64,000 bases of DNA from Bacteroidota bacterium (GCA_016722375.1 JADKJG010000005.1:130435-194434), one strand, 5' to 3'; counted from the stretch's first letter, positions 39,199 to 50,031 are shown. A program made the numbers and translations. The notes: generated by a model from the sequence alone, not told the origin.

Positions 39199-40005
39199 AT
39201 GCCAGAAAAAATTAGTAGCCTTCAAAATCCACGCATTAAAGAGATCAAAAAACTTTTGACGAAATCTTCTGAGCGAAAAGAGCAGAATCGTTTCGTTATA
39301 GAGGGTGCGAGAGAGATTGTATTGGCGCATAGGGCGGGATATCAATTGGAGGCCATTTTTATTTGTGAGGAGCTGTTAAAGATAGATCCGGAATATTCTA
39401 TTGAAGATATTTTTCAAAAAGGAGGTGAGCGAAAACCCATCTATCTTTCTACCGAAGTCTATCACTCATTGGCATATAGAGAAACCACCGAAGGAATTAT
39501 TGCGATAGCAATACCACAAACGCACCATGTAAAAGATATGAGGCTTTCTGCTGTACCTTTTATTTTGGTGATTGAAGCAGCCGAAAAACCAGGAAATCTT
39601 GGTGCGATGCTGCGTACAGCAGATGCAAGTGGAGTGGATGCAGTGATCATCTGCGATTCCAAAACCGATTTGTACAATCCTAACACTATCCGTTCAAGTA
39701 TCGGCACCGTGTTTACTAATCAAATTGTTATTTGCGAAACCAAAGAGGCCATTGATTTTCTAAACACAAATGGTATCCAAATATTTGCTGCCGAATTGAA
39801 TGCAACCAAGCCACATTTTCAAGCAGACTTCAAAAAGCCGACAGCGATTGTAGTAGGCTCTGAGGCACACGGCTTGAGCGATGAATGGATACAGACGGCC
39901 AATCACCGGATTAAAATTCCTATGAAGGGCCGGGTGGACTCGCTCAATGTTAGCGTGAGTGCAGCGGTACTGCTCTATGAAGCCTTAAGACAAAGAGCAG
40001 AATGA
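39199..40005 (+). CDS. TrmH/SpoU family RNA 2'-O-methyltransferase
   Basis: 'PGNLGAMLRTADASGVDAVI', 'GSEAHGLS', 'IPMKGRVDSLNVSVSAAVLLYE'. Confidence 0.8.
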   Translation: MPEKISSLQNPRIKEIKKLLTKSSERKEQNRFVIEGAREIVLAHRAGYQLEAIFICEELLKIDPEYSIEDIFQKGGERKPIYLSTEVYHSLAYRETTEGIIAIAIPQTHHVKDMRLSAVPFILVIEAAEKPGNLGAMLRTADASGVDAVIICDSKTDLYNPNTIRSSIGTVFTNQIVICETKEAIDFLNTNGIQIFAAELNATKPHFQADFKKPTAIVVGSEAHGLSDEWIQTANHRIKIPMKGRVDSLNVSVSAAVLLYEALRQRAE

Positions 40006-41270
40006 ATATCGAAAAGCAAAGCAAGAGCGACCCCTATGCGGTGCTGCGCATTGCCGACTATAGGAACCTTCAGGTAGCGCGCTTTGCCTTGACATTTGCG
40101 ATACAGATGGCAGAAACCATTTTAGGCTGGAAGGTTTATGAAATCACACACGATAAGTTAGCGTTAGGCTTGATTGGTTTGAGTGAGGCCCTACCATTTA
40201 TTCTTACCTCTTTTTATTCCGGCCATGCGGCAGATACTTTTAACCGATACCGGATTGTGAAGCGGGCCATGTTTGTCCTTTTTCTTTGTTTCATGGGTAT
40301 TGCCTTTTTGCTGAAGGATGACGCGGGCTTACTGCATACGGAGGGAATTTATCCTGTTTATATCCTTCTTGGTCTATCCGGAATCGCTCGGGCATTTATG
40401 GCACCTTGTATGCAGGCCATCATGCCACAGATACTTCCAAGAAATTTATATGCTAATGGTGCCACATGGAACAGTAACATCTGGCAGACCGCAGCCGTTA
40501 CCGGGCCAGCTTTTGGTGGTTTGTTATATGGAATGCTGGAAAGTAAGTTCAATTCTGATGTGGGTGAAATAGCTGTTTTTTCTCTTGCCCTAACGATTCT
40601 TCTGTTGTCTTTATTTGCCTTCAACCGGTTGCGGGTGCGCGAAAATCCGCCGAAGGAGAAAGTGGAAGCCATCTTAGAATCTTTGAAAGCGGGCATTCGT
40701 TTTGTATTTCATAAAGAGGAAATGCTAGCTGCTATCTCGCTAGATTTATTCGCGGTGTTGTTTGGTGGCGCCATTGCCCTGCTTCCGGTTTTTGCCAGCG
40801 ACATTCTTCATGTAGGCCCCGAGGGATTAGGATTGTTGCGAGCGGCACCATTCTTCGGCTCCGTGATAATGGGCTTATTTCTAGCTCATTATCCACCGGT
40901 ACAAAATGCCGGAAGAAACTTGTTCATCTCGGTAGCTTGTTTCGGTCTGGCGATTATCGGCTTTGCTTTTTCACGCGATTTCTACCTTTCAATTTCTTTA
41001 TTATTTCTCACCGGTTTGTTTGATAGTGTTTCGGTGGTGATTCGCGGAACAATTCTTCAGGTGATGACACCGGATAACATGCGTGGAAGAGTTGGTGCTG
41101 TGAATCAAATGTTTATTTCCTCTTCAAATGAAATAGGAGCTTTTGAAAGTGGCTTAGCGGCAAAGTTGATGGGTACAGTGCCCTCCGTAATTTTTGGCGG
41201 TAGTATGACTTTGCTCGTGGTGGTGGTGGTTTTTCTTCTTTCGCCTAAGATGAGAAAGCTAAAGATGTAG
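40002..41270 (+). CDS. MFS transporter (EntS/MFS_3-like)
   Basis: 12 hydrophobic segments and 'DTFNRYRIV'. Paralogous in style to 29990..31258. Confidence 0.8.
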   Translation: MNIEKQSKSDPYAVLRIADYRNLQVARFALTFAIQMAETILGWKVYEITHDKLALGLIGLSEALPFILTSFYSGHAADTFNRYRIVKRAMFVLFLCFMGIAFLLKDDAGLLHTEGIYPVYILLGLSGIARAFMAPCMQAIMPQILPRNLYANGATWNSNIWQTAAVTGPAFGGLLYGMLESKFNSDVGEIAVFSLALTILLLSLFAFNRLRVRENPPKEKVEAILESLKAGIRFVFHKEEMLAAISLDLFAVLFGGAIALLPVFASDILHVGPEGLGLLRAAPFFGSVIMGLFLAHYPPVQNAGRNLFISVACFGLAIIGFAFSRDFYLSISLLFLTGLFDSVSVVIRGTILQVMTPDNMRGRVGAVNQMFISSSNEIGAFESGLAAKLMGTVPSVIFGGSMTLLVVVVVFLLSPKMRKLKM

Positions 41271-41421
41271 AAATCTGTTAGGATAGGGTGCCATAAGAAA
41301 GAGCATATCTCAGATCCGTATTAATTTAGTTATGATCTATTACCAGAAGCCGTTCTCGCTTTTCCTATGAATCTTGGGTATGAATTAGTAATAAGTCCAA
41401 AAAAGCAAGTCCTCAGCTATC

Positions 41422-41652
41422 CTGCACACTTCTTGAGCGAAGCAGCACACATTTAGTGCTAATCACAGCAGCTTTTGTCTAGAAGTGTGCAGATCTTCAC
41501 AAGATCACAACACATTCTGTCTAAAGCTGCACACATCTTCACAGAATCACAACACATCTTGCCTAAAGCAGCACACATCTTGTCTAAATGTGTACAGCTT
41601 CGCTCGCAATGTGTACTGATTCGCTGACGATGTGCTCTACTTTGGTAAAAAG
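41422..41652. repeat. degenerate tandem array of about 11 units of 20-22 bp (cacaacacatcttgtctaaag-like)
   Basis: Units were read directly from the sequence, e.g. 41506-41526 cacaacacattctgtctaaag, 41527-41547 ctgcacacatcttcacagaat, 41548-41568 cacaacacatcttgcctaaag. Confidence 0.85.
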
Positions 41653-41728
41653 CCGTTTTTGTCTTCCAACAAAGCCGAATTGTCTGATTTGCTGTCAAGT
41701 TGGCAGGACAAAGGCTGTATTCTTCGGG

Positions 41729-42703
41729 CTATATCTTTCGGTTGATGGTAAACTCTATTAACTCACCGATGGATTTGCGTGCTTCGGAATCGGGAATCTC
41801 CATTAGAATTTCTACAGCTTCTTTCCGATAGGCATTCATCTTTATGGTGGCATAGTCCATACCGCCTTCGCTGCGCACCAGATTTAGAATCCAGCGCACC
41901 TTTTCAGTGTTTTGATTGTCGTTCTTCACGATGTTAATCATCTTTCGTTTAGTAATCCAGTCCACTTTGTTTAAGGTATAAATGAGTGGCAAGGTCATTT
42001 TTCGTTCCTTGATGTCAATACCACGCGGCTTTCCAATTTCGGCTTCTTCATAATCAAAGAGGTCATCTTTAATCTGAAAAGCCATGCCGATTTTTTCGCC
42101 GAGCAATTTCATCCGGCTAATCATGGCTTCATCTGTGGTGGTTGTAACCGCGCCACAGGTGCAAGCGGAGGCAATGAGCGAAGCTGTTTTTTGTCGGATG
42201 ATTTCAAAATAAATATCCTCGTTGATGTCCAGCCGCCGCGCTTTTTCTAATTGAAGCAATTCTCCTTCACTCATTTCGCGAATAGTGTTGGAAAGAATTT
42301 GAAGCAACCGGTACTGGTTATTTTCTATAGAGAGGAGCAGCCCTTTGGCCAGCAGATAGTCACCCACCAAAACGGCTATCTTATTTTTCCATAGAGCATT
42401 GATTGAAAAGAAGCCCCGTCGTTTGTACGAATCATCCACCACATCATCATGTACCAGCGTGGCTGTGTGAAGTATCTCTACGAGCGAAGCAGCCGTATAG
42501 GTGGCCTCATTGATGTCCCCACATACTTTGGCAGCAAGAAAAACAAACATGGGGCGCATCTGTTTGCCTTTTCTGGTAACAATATAGTGCGTAATTCGGT
42601 CGAGCAAAGGGGCTTTGCTACGCATAGATTCCCGGAAACGAATTTCAAACTCATCCAACTCTTTCGCGATAGGTTTCCGGATGTCGTTCAGGTGCAATTC
42701 CAT
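41729..42703 (-). CDS. polyprenyl diphosphate synthase (long-chain, IspB-like)
   Basis: First DDxxD-type motif 'LVHDDVVDDS' and second 'FQIKDDLFD'. Confidence 0.85.
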   Translation of the reverse strand: MELHLNDIRKPIAKELDEFEIRFRESMRSKAPLLDRITHYIVTRKGKQMRPMFVFLAAKVCGDINEATYTAASLVEILHTATLVHDDVVDDSYKRRGFFSINALWKNKIAVLVGDYLLAKGLLLSIENNQYRLLQILSNTIREMSEGELLQLEKARRLDINEDIYFEIIRQKTASLIASACTCGAVTTTTDEAMISRMKLLGEKIGMAFQIKDDLFDYEEAEIGKPRGIDIKERKMTLPLIYTLNKVDWITKRKMINIVKNDNQNTEKVRWILNLVRSEGGMDYATIKMNAYRKEAVEILMEIPDSEARKSIGELIEFTINRKI

Positions 42704-42752
42704 TGCCGCTAAAGTAAACTTTCGGACATATTTATTGCGGATACACCGGGAT

Positions 42753-43943
42753 TCAGCAATCCTTGCTAAAGCCTAACTCGTCCATCGTTTCGGCAAGCTC
42801 CTGATAGATCAATTCTTTTTGAAGACCAAACTGCTCTAAGGAATATTCATGGCTACTGTGGTAATTTCGATTGCTTAATTTTTCAGCCTCTAGTTTTTCA
42901 AGGAACTTCTCCGAAGCTGTCCAGCCGAAGTGCTGATAAATTTTTAATACTTCTCCCTTAGGGTCGCGCAAGAGATCATCATATTTCAACTCTACAAATT
43001 GATTATCCGGAATCGTGGTCTTCATCTCTCTCGAATATTTATAGAAATCAATTCCCAGTTGCGCCCAGGCTTTTTTTGCAGGAGAGTTATCCGAAATTTC
43101 TGGAGAATGCCAGCGATACATAGAACTGCACATACTGACAAAAGAAGGTAATGCCTGATACGGATGCCTGGAGATATAGATGAAACGAGCATCAGGAAAT
43201 CTTTGAAGCAGTGATTTGAATCTGCCGGTACTCATCACATTTTTCGCCAAATATGTTTTATTGGGCCCGGTGGCAAAAACAAATCGCTGCACGCTGCTTT
43301 CGTAAAAATCCATGACGGAGTTTCTTATCTCTATGGGTTCGCGGTCAAGAAATTTATTGCCGTGAATCAGATGCAGGTATGGAAAGGGAATAAAAACGCC
43401 GGGGCTCATCAGCGCTTGAGCAAAAACTTGTTCATCTTCTTCTGCCTTGTCAAAACGCATGGAATGTATGTCGTTCCATCCTCCCCATAATGCCTTGTCT
43501 ATTTGGTTAATGACTTTTCTGATTATGTTGCCAGAGCGAGCATCAATCCATCTAAAAATGGCTGTGAAACGAACAAAGGAAGTGGTCATTTGGAAGGTAT
43601 AGAGAAAGTGGGTGTAGGTAAACCTATCTTCATCTAAGCTGACCAGGCGATGTAGGTAAGTAGTGCCGCTGCGAGGATTGGCGATGATAAATACCGGTTC
43701 TTTAATTTTTATCTTTTTGAAGTCTCGATAAAAGAGCTCATCGCAAATCCTGAATATCAGGTGCAAAACTTGACTCAGGAAGAAAAGAAAAATAAAGAGA
43801 ATGGAAAGCAGCCATATTTTCCATTTGAATTGCCGGTATGTTTCTCGGATAATTTTGCCGAGAATATCATATCGGACAAAATAGAACGAGGCCTTGAAAT
43901 ATTTCATCTTCCAAGGCCAGATGTAAATGAATATGTTTGACAC
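42753..43943 (-). CDS. sulfotransferase family protein with an N-terminal TM segment
   Basis: 'FIIANPRSGTTYLHRL' is a PAPS 5'-phosphosulfate-binding loop, and 'YISRHP' is a 3'-PB-like motif. Confidence 0.65.
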   Translation of the reverse strand: MSNIFIYIWPWKMKYFKASFYFVRYDILGKIIRETYRQFKWKIWLLSILFIFLFFLSQVLHLIFRICDELFYRDFKKIKIKEPVFIIANPRSGTTYLHRLVSLDEDRFTYTHFLYTFQMTTSFVRFTAIFRWIDARSGNIIRKVINQIDKALWGGWNDIHSMRFDKAEEDEQVFAQALMSPGVFIPFPYLHLIHGNKFLDREPIEIRNSVMDFYESSVQRFVFATGPNKTYLAKNVMSTGRFKSLLQRFPDARFIYISRHPYQALPSFVSMCSSMYRWHSPEISDNSPAKKAWAQLGIDFYKYSREMKTTIPDNQFVELKYDDLLRDPKGEVLKIYQHFGWTASEKFLEKLEAEKLSNRNYHSSHEYSLEQFGLQKELIYQELAETMDELGFSKDC

Positions 43944-43978
43944 ATAATTGCCAAAGTTATTTTCTTTAACATCACAAC

Positions 43979-45163
43979 ATGTTATCCAGCCGCCAAATTT
44001 TCTTAAACTCTATTGCTCAAACCAGCGTGGCTCCATTAATGTTGGAAATCGAGCGCGCGAAGGGTATATACCTATATGGAGTAGATGGCAAAAAATATAT
44101 AGATCTGATCGCCGGAATTTCAGTCAGTAATCTGGGACATTCACATCCCAAGGTAGTAGAAGCAGTAAAGGAGCAGGTCGAAAAGTATATGCACCTGATG
44201 GTGTATGGTGAGTTTGTGCAAAGTCCGCAGGTGAGATATGCTCATCGTTTGATTGAGTTGCTGCCCGCCTCGCTCAACAATGTGTACTTCACCAATTCCG
44301 GTGCCGAAGCCACAGAAGGAGCCATGAAACTTGCCAAGAGATTTACGGGCAAAACGAAATTTGTTTCATTTAAGAGTTCTTACCACGGTAGTACGCAAGG
44401 CGCACTGAGCGTGATGGGAGACGAAAGCTTTAAAAGAAAGTTCAGGCCCCTTTTGCCGGATATCTTGCAACTGGAATATGGAAACGAGCAGGGCTTAGAT
44501 GCGATTGATCAATATACGGCCGCCGTTATACTGGAACCTATTCAGGCAGAATCGGGAGTGACCATTCCATCTGATAGTTTTATTAAAAAACTACGGACGG
44601 TTTGTAATGACACCGGAGCATTACTCATTCTGGATGAAGCTCAGACTGGCTTAGGTAGAACCGGAACGTTATTTGCTTTTGAGCACTATGGTATTGTTCC
44701 CGACATTCTTCTGCTCGCCAAATCATTGGGAGGAGGGATGCCGCTGGGTGCATTTATAGCGGCTAAAGAAATGATGAAGTCACTTTCCGAAAATCCGGCT
44801 TTGGGGCATATCACCACTTTCGGCGGTCATCCGGTTTGCTGCGCAGCAGGGCTTGCAGCGTTGGAGGTTTTACTAAAAGAAAACCTTGTTTCTAAGGTGG
44901 AAGAAAAGGGAAAATTGTTTGACCAATTATTGAATCATCCCCGAATAAAATCAAAAAGAAGAATCGGCTTATTGATGGCTTTGGAATTCGATAGTTTTGA
45001 GCAGAATAAAAGAATCATTGATCAGAGTATAGAACTCGGCCTTTTGACCGATTGGTTTTTGTTCGCCCCGCATTGCATGCGTATCGCGCCCCCGTTGATT
45101 ATATCAGAAGATGAAATCAGGACGGCCTGTAAAATTATTCTCCAAGCCCTTGAAGCAAATTGA
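43979..45163 (+). CDS. class III (acetylornithine/GABA-type) PLP aminotransferase
   Basis: 'TNSGAEATEGAMKLAK', 'LILDEAQTGLGRTG', 'DILLLAKSLGGGMPLGA' (PLP Lys). Confidence 0.8.
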   Translation: MLSSRQIFLNSIAQTSVAPLMLEIERAKGIYLYGVDGKKYIDLIAGISVSNLGHSHPKVVEAVKEQVEKYMHLMVYGEFVQSPQVRYAHRLIELLPASLNNVYFTNSGAEATEGAMKLAKRFTGKTKFVSFKSSYHGSTQGALSVMGDESFKRKFRPLLPDILQLEYGNEQGLDAIDQYTAAVILEPIQAESGVTIPSDSFIKKLRTVCNDTGALLILDEAQTGLGRTGTLFAFEHYGIVPDILLLAKSLGGGMPLGAFIAAKEMMKSLSENPALGHITTFGGHPVCCAAGLAALEVLLKENLVSKVEEKGKLFDQLLNHPRIKSKRRIGLLMALEFDSFEQNKRIIDQSIELGLLTDWFLFAPHCMRIAPPLIISEDEIRTACKIILQALEAN

Positions 45164-45189
45164 TATTTTTATAGCCACTAACACACCCC

Positions 45190-45855
45190 ATGGGCAAAAC
45201 CAAGAATTTCTTTAAATCAGGATTCGGGAAAATTGTAGCTTACTTCCTTCAGGGGCTGCTATTGATTGCGCCTACTTTTGTAACGCTATATGCGCTGTTC
45301 TATTTCTTCAATTTTTTTGATTCTCGAGTTAACGACTTATTTGAAAATATTTTTCATTCTCGCTTTCCCGGCTTGGGATTGGTAACTATTTTCTTGTTCA
45401 TTACTTCCATCGGATTCATAGGCTCGCTAGTCATTGTGCAGCCGCTACTACATCTTATAGATTTTCTTTTAGAAAAGACTCCTTTGGTGAAGGATATTTA
45501 TTCGTCGCTAAAAGATTTTTTTGGTGCTTTTATCAGTAACAAGAAAAAGTTTAACAAGCCGGTGATGTTTGAATTAGGAAAAGGCAGCGGTGTTTTTAAG
45601 CTTGGATTTATCACCCAGGAAGATTTAAGTGATTTGAATATCAAGGATAAGGTGGCCATCTATACCCCGCTTTCTTATAACCTCTCAGGCATTATGTACA
45701 TCGTTAATCAGGATCAGGTTCAAGTGTTGCACGATGTGGGCACTACAGACATAATGAAGTTTATTGTAAGTGGAGGAGTGACCAAACTTGAAGAGGAAGA
45801 AGAGGAAGCTATCATAATCCCGCCAACAACCGTTCAGCGAGAGCCTGGTATTTAG
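45190..45855 (+). CDS. DUF502 membrane protein
   Basis: Two N-terminal TM helices, and the 'PGLGLV' and 'TPLS' patterns typical of DUF502. Acidic tail EEEEEE. Confidence 0.7.
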   Translation: MGKTKNFFKSGFGKIVAYFLQGLLLIAPTFVTLYALFYFFNFFDSRVNDLFENIFHSRFPGLGLVTIFLFITSIGFIGSLVIVQPLLHLIDFLLEKTPLVKDIYSSLKDFFGAFISNKKKFNKPVMFELGKGSGVFKLGFITQEDLSDLNIKDKVAIYTPLSYNLSGIMYIVNQDQVQVLHDVGTTDIMKFIVSGGVTKLEEEEEEAIIIPPTTVQREPGI

Positions 45856-47209
45856 TTTTTTGAGCAGCGCTAACTATTTCTTCTAGTAGAGATTTAGCAG
45901 ATTTAACTTGCCCCTGCTTAATAAGCAACCGAGCCATAAAATATTTTGAGGCCTGCTGATAGAAATCATTCTTTGATAAGGTTAACTGTTTAAAATACAA
46001 TAAGGATTTTTCATTAGCCTCTATTTGATAAAGTGTATAGGCATAACAGATCATCCAATACTCTTTCTCTGCTGCTTCTATGTTGCAATTTTCGCCTTCC
46101 TCCAAAAACTGCACCGCCGCCTGATAATTTTTTATTCGGCTTTGGAAAATCCCATAATCAATAAACGGTTGGCAACTGTCGGGGTATTGGCGCATCGTCC
46201 TTTGGTAAATCAACGGCAGATACCACTCAGGAGTCTCTGCTTTAATTATCTGCTGATAGTTTGCCATCGTAAATTCCTTGTAGGATAACAAACGAGTTGC
46301 TAAAAGATATTCAGGATAATAGGCATTGGAGTCAATGCTCGAGATGAATCGATTCAGTGTGTCAGAGTATTTTATATTTTGATTGCTGAACATCATCAAG
46401 CCTTTGTAAAACAAATCCATCTGGGCATTATAATACTTAGAATAATCAGAAAAACATTTAAGCGCCTGATCGAAATAGCCCAATTCGCTATAGATGAATG
46501 CAGCATTTAAATAGGAGGACTCGTCCACACTTTTCTTGGACATAGCCGAATCTAAATAGCGCAGCGCATCATTCATGCGGCCATCATAAAAAAACTCGGA
46601 TCCAATATCACAACGAATCCCTGCCAGATCGGGAAACTGACGGGCGATAAACTCATATATTTCTATCGCCTCGTCAAAACGACCTCGCTCCTTAAATTTT
46701 CGCGCATACTCTGCCAGTTGGTAAGCTTGTTCGCCGGTTTCATCCTTTTTTATTTTAAGCAATTCGGCTATTTGATTCTCCAATTCAACTTTCATCAGCG
46801 CCATAGCATAGACAGTGCAAAGCCCCTGATGAATATCTACTCGTTGCTTATCTAGTTGAAGACATTTTTTCCACCATCGTTCTATTTCGATTACTGATTT
46901 AGTCGGGATAATTTTGACCTCCTCTGCTATTGTGCCAATACCACTTGTAAAAATAGATTCGTCGGGTTTAGCTATGGTCTTGATATTGGGTAACTTACCT
47001 AACGCTTGGTTCAGACATACATTACCCTTCATCATAAGTGCATCTACATTCGTAGAATCAGCGCGCAATAAAGAATCCAGATAAAGATTAGCTGCAAGGT
47101 AGTCCTCGCGTACAATAAAATCGGTGGCGGTCGCAACCAAGCCTTTTTGAGCAACGAGTGAACCAAGAGTAAAAAATAGTGAATAGAAAAGGAGCAGATA
47201 CTTCTTCAT
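45812..47209 (-). CDS. exported TPR-like repeat protein, unknown function
   Basis: Signal peptide (...LGSLVAQ) and repeated helical A-x-x-Y/F-L patterns. The 3' end overlaps the convergent DUF502 gene by 44 nt. Confidence 0.5.
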   Translation of the reverse strand: MKKYLLLFYSLFFTLGSLVAQKGLVATATDFIVREDYLAANLYLDSLLRADSTNVDALMMKGNVCLNQALGKLPNIKTIAKPDESIFTSGIGTIAEEVKIIPTKSVIEIERWWKKCLQLDKQRVDIHQGLCTVYAMALMKVELENQIAELLKIKKDETGEQAYQLAEYARKFKERGRFDEAIEIYEFIARQFPDLAGIRCDIGSEFFYDGRMNDALRYLDSAMSKKSVDESSYLNAAFIYSELGYFDQALKCFSDYSKYYNAQMDLFYKGLMMFSNQNIKYSDTLNRFISSIDSNAYYPEYLLATRLLSYKEFTMANYQQIIKAETPEWYLPLIYQRTMRQYPDSCQPFIDYGIFQSRIKNYQAAVQFLEEGENCNIEAAEKEYWMICYAYTLYQIEANEKSLLYFKQLTLSKNDFYQQASKYFMARLLIKQGQVKSAKSLLEEIVSAAQKTKYQALAERLLAGL

Positions 47210-47248
47210 ATCACGGACATAAACTTCCCCAATGGCAGGGAAGGACGA

Positions 47249-48367
47249 TTAGGAATTAATCATCACCGGCATCACGAGCATCAATAAATCTTCGTTTTCG
47301 TTTTTCTCGACCGGGCGAAGTACTCCGGCGCGGGTAGGTGTGGAAAGTTCAATTTCAATTTCATTTGAATCCAATACGCCAAGCATCTCAATAAGGAAAC
47401 GGGCATTGAATGCAATTTCCATGTCCGTTCCTTCATAGCTACAAGCCAACCTTTCATTCGCTTCGTTGCTGAAATCCAGATCCTGGGAGGAGATCTTCAA
47501 TTCACTCCCGGCGATGGACAACACCACCTGATAGGTTGTTTTGTTAGCGTAAATAGAGATTCGTCTCAAAGCGTTCAAAAATTCCAATCGGCTAATGCTC
47601 AGTTTGTTTGGATTGTTTTGAGGAATGACCGCTCCATAATCCGGATAGTTAGCATCTATCAAACGGCAGGTCATACGAGTATTTTCAAATGCAAAAAATG
47701 CGTTGGACTTATTGAAAGACACATTCACTCCAGAGTCACTTAAAGGCAGAGCGGCCTTCAGTAAGCCCAAAGCTTTTTTGGGTACTATAAATTGATCTGG
47801 CTTGGCAGCTTTGATATCTGCGCGAGTCAGTTTAACCAATTTGTGAGCATCGGTAGAAACAAAATTTATTCCTTCGGGTGATACCTGAAAAAGCACTCCG
47901 GTCATGGCCGGACGTAGGTCGTCGGAACTAACAGCGAAAATGGTCTCGCTCACTGCACGACTCAAAGCCGAAGCTGACATGTTCAACTCGGTAACCGCTT
48001 CTGGCTGTGGCACCTTGGGGAAATCGTCTGCGTTCTCACCGCTCAGTTTGTATCGGCCGTTTTCGGACGTAATTTCAATACCTTTAGTTTTCTCATCTAT
48101 CTTAAATGTCAAGGGCTGCTCTGGCAAGGTTTTGAGTGTATCAAGCAGTATCCTTGCAGGGATAGCTATACGGCCGTTTTCCTTGGCTTCCACCTTCAAC
48201 TCTGTACTCATAGAAGTTTCCAAGTCTGTCGCAAAAACAGTAAGCTTTCCGCCTTTGATGTCAAACAAAAAATCCTCCAGAATCGGCAAAACGGAATTAG
48301 AATTAATCACTCCGCCAACAGTTTGCAGGCTTTTAAGTAGGGTTGTAGTGGAAACGATAAATTTCAT
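47249..48367 (-). CDS. dnaN: DNA polymerase III beta sliding clamp
   Basis: 'MKFIVSTTTLLKSLQTVGGVI...LPILEDFLF', 372 aa, with the three-domain clamp pattern and C-terminal 'LLMLVMPVMI'. Confidence 0.9.
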   Translation of the reverse strand: MKFIVSTTTLLKSLQTVGGVINSNSVLPILEDFLFDIKGGKLTVFATDLETSMSTELKVEAKENGRIAIPARILLDTLKTLPEQPLTFKIDEKTKGIEITSENGRYKLSGENADDFPKVPQPEAVTELNMSASALSRAVSETIFAVSSDDLRPAMTGVLFQVSPEGINFVSTDAHKLVKLTRADIKAAKPDQFIVPKKALGLLKAALPLSDSGVNVSFNKSNAFFAFENTRMTCRLIDANYPDYGAVIPQNNPNKLSISRLEFLNALRRISIYANKTTYQVVLSIAGSELKISSQDLDFSNEANERLACSYEGTDMEIAFNARFLIEMLGVLDSNEIEIELSTPTRAGVLRPVEKNENEDLLMLVMPVMINS

Positions 48368-48540
48368 GAGTTACTTTTAGTTGTGCAAATATAATTATCA
48401 AAGGAATTTCACCTGATGTGTTTTTCGGTGGTGTTGTTTATAAATACAATTGAAAGAATGCGTCACGTGTTCCGATTCGAGAGGGTAACATAAACGAATC
48501 AAAACGATGCGCGATACTCACTCAGAAATTGGGATATTAA

Positions 48541-50031
48541 TTACCGAAGGAGCGTTACATTCCCCTTTGCCGTGATTATCTTGGTGGTTCCGGCAAACTG
48601 ATACTGGCATTGCCAAGCATAAACACCCAAACCTTGTGCCACCGTGCGGAAGGTCCCATCCCATCCATCGCTTACATTGTCCGTTTCAAAAACCTTTTCG
48701 CCCCAACGGTTATAAACCTGTAAATTAAATTTACTGAGGTTATCATTTTTAGATCTAAAAATGTCATTCATGCCATCTCCATTTGGAGAGAACGCGGTGG
48801 GAATTAATAACTGCTCAGCTATAATAGTAACCAATACCGAATCGCTGACGACACAGCCGGCATCATCAGTCACGGTGATAGTATAATAAGTAGTAGCAGG
48901 GGGTGTTGCCACCGGATTTTGACAATCACTACAAGTCAGCGTGGCAGGGGGACTCCAAACAATAGAAGTAAATGATGGAGTTCCAATGACTGGATTCAAT
49001 GTGGTGGATTGTCCCGCCGGAATACTGATTGGATTCCCGGCATCTAGGAGGAATTTTCGTTTAGCAAGCGCAAACGGCTGTGGAGTAAAATCATTGGCGC
49101 CGCTCACTGTAATAGTGGACATTCCGAGACCGCTTCCACCGGCAGGAGTTCCCAGATAGTTCCAGCGATTTGGCGCATCCCAATGGGCTGCGTCCGTCCA
49201 GCTTGCGTCAGTAGCCGGGTTGAAATACATCGTTAAAGCAGCAGCATCTGTGCCGCTACTTTGATAAAGCCAGTGGTAAAAATTGGGGTTTACTGCGCAT
49301 AATTGGTCGTCCACAGAAAAAACGCTGTAGCCATCAGTCGTGGCATCTCCTTTTACTAAACGAGCTCCATAGGTATTGTTTCCGGCAGCCGCAGGCGTGA
49401 AATCAATCGGCCGAAAAATAGAAGGAGCGCCCACATAAGAAGGAGAACCGGTTGGGAAGAGATAGGCTGCTGTGGTATTAGTGGCACGTGAAAGCTTTCC
49501 GTTACCAACGCTGCTCACGAAGCCAACGTTTCGCGTGATAGCAGCAGTAGCTGGATTGCTCACCAACATTTCATTCGCGTTGGTAGCTAATTCAGCGCTA
49601 TTCAAGGCTAGAATTTTAGTAGTAACCGCGTTAATGGTTTGTTTTTTAACCACATTACCTCCTCCAAGATTCAGGTTGTCAAAAGTAGTGATAGCAGTAC
49701 CGGTAATTTGTTGGTCTCCGCCAAACATATCCACCCAACTATTGCTACCGGTATAGGCAGCGTTATTTACCCAATCTCCAAACAAACGAATGGTATCGCC
49801 GCTGCCATTAATCGTTGCACTATTGGTAACACTACCTTCAACCGTAATGGTACCAAGATTATCAATCAAGCCTTGTCCGCCTACTGTATTGTTTGAAACA
49901 GACCCGGTTTTTACAATGATAAACCCGCCGTCTTTCACATATATATTAGCTCCGTTGTTGGTTACTAATGACTGGGCAAATACGCCATAACTCGTCAACA
50001 TCAAACCAAGCGCATAGATTGCCTTTATCAT
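48541..50031 (-). CDS. secreted protein with a T9SS type B (gliding-motility-associated, CHU_C) C-terminal domain
   Basis: C-terminal 'IPTAFSPNGDGMNDIF...LQVYNRWGEKVFE...GWDG...GVYAW'. A signal peptide follows the internal Met at 50031 (MIKAIYALGLMLTSYGVFAQS). The ORF-track start is 50235. Confidence 0.75.
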   Translation of the reverse strand: MIKAIYALGLMLTSYGVFAQSLVTNNGANIYVKDGGFIIVKTGSVSNNTVGGQGLIDNLGTITVEGSVTNSATINGSGDTIRLFGDWVNNAAYTGSNSWVDMFGGDQQITGTAITTFDNLNLGGGNVVKKQTINAVTTKILALNSAELATNANEMLVSNPATAAITRNVGFVSSVGNGKLSRATNTTAAYLFPTGSPSYVGAPSIFRPIDFTPAAAGNNTYGARLVKGDATTDGYSVFSVDDQLCAVNPNFYHWLYQSSGTDAAALTMYFNPATDASWTDAAHWDAPNRWNYLGTPAGGSGLGMSTITVSGANDFTPQPFALAKRKFLLDAGNPISIPAGQSTTLNPVIGTPSFTSIVWSPPATLTCSDCQNPVATPPATTYYTITVTDDAGCVVSDSVLVTIIAEQLLIPTAFSPNGDGMNDIFRSKNDNLSKFNLQVYNRWGEKVFETDNVSDGWDGTFRTVAQGLGVYAWQCQYQFAGTTKIITAKGNVTLLR

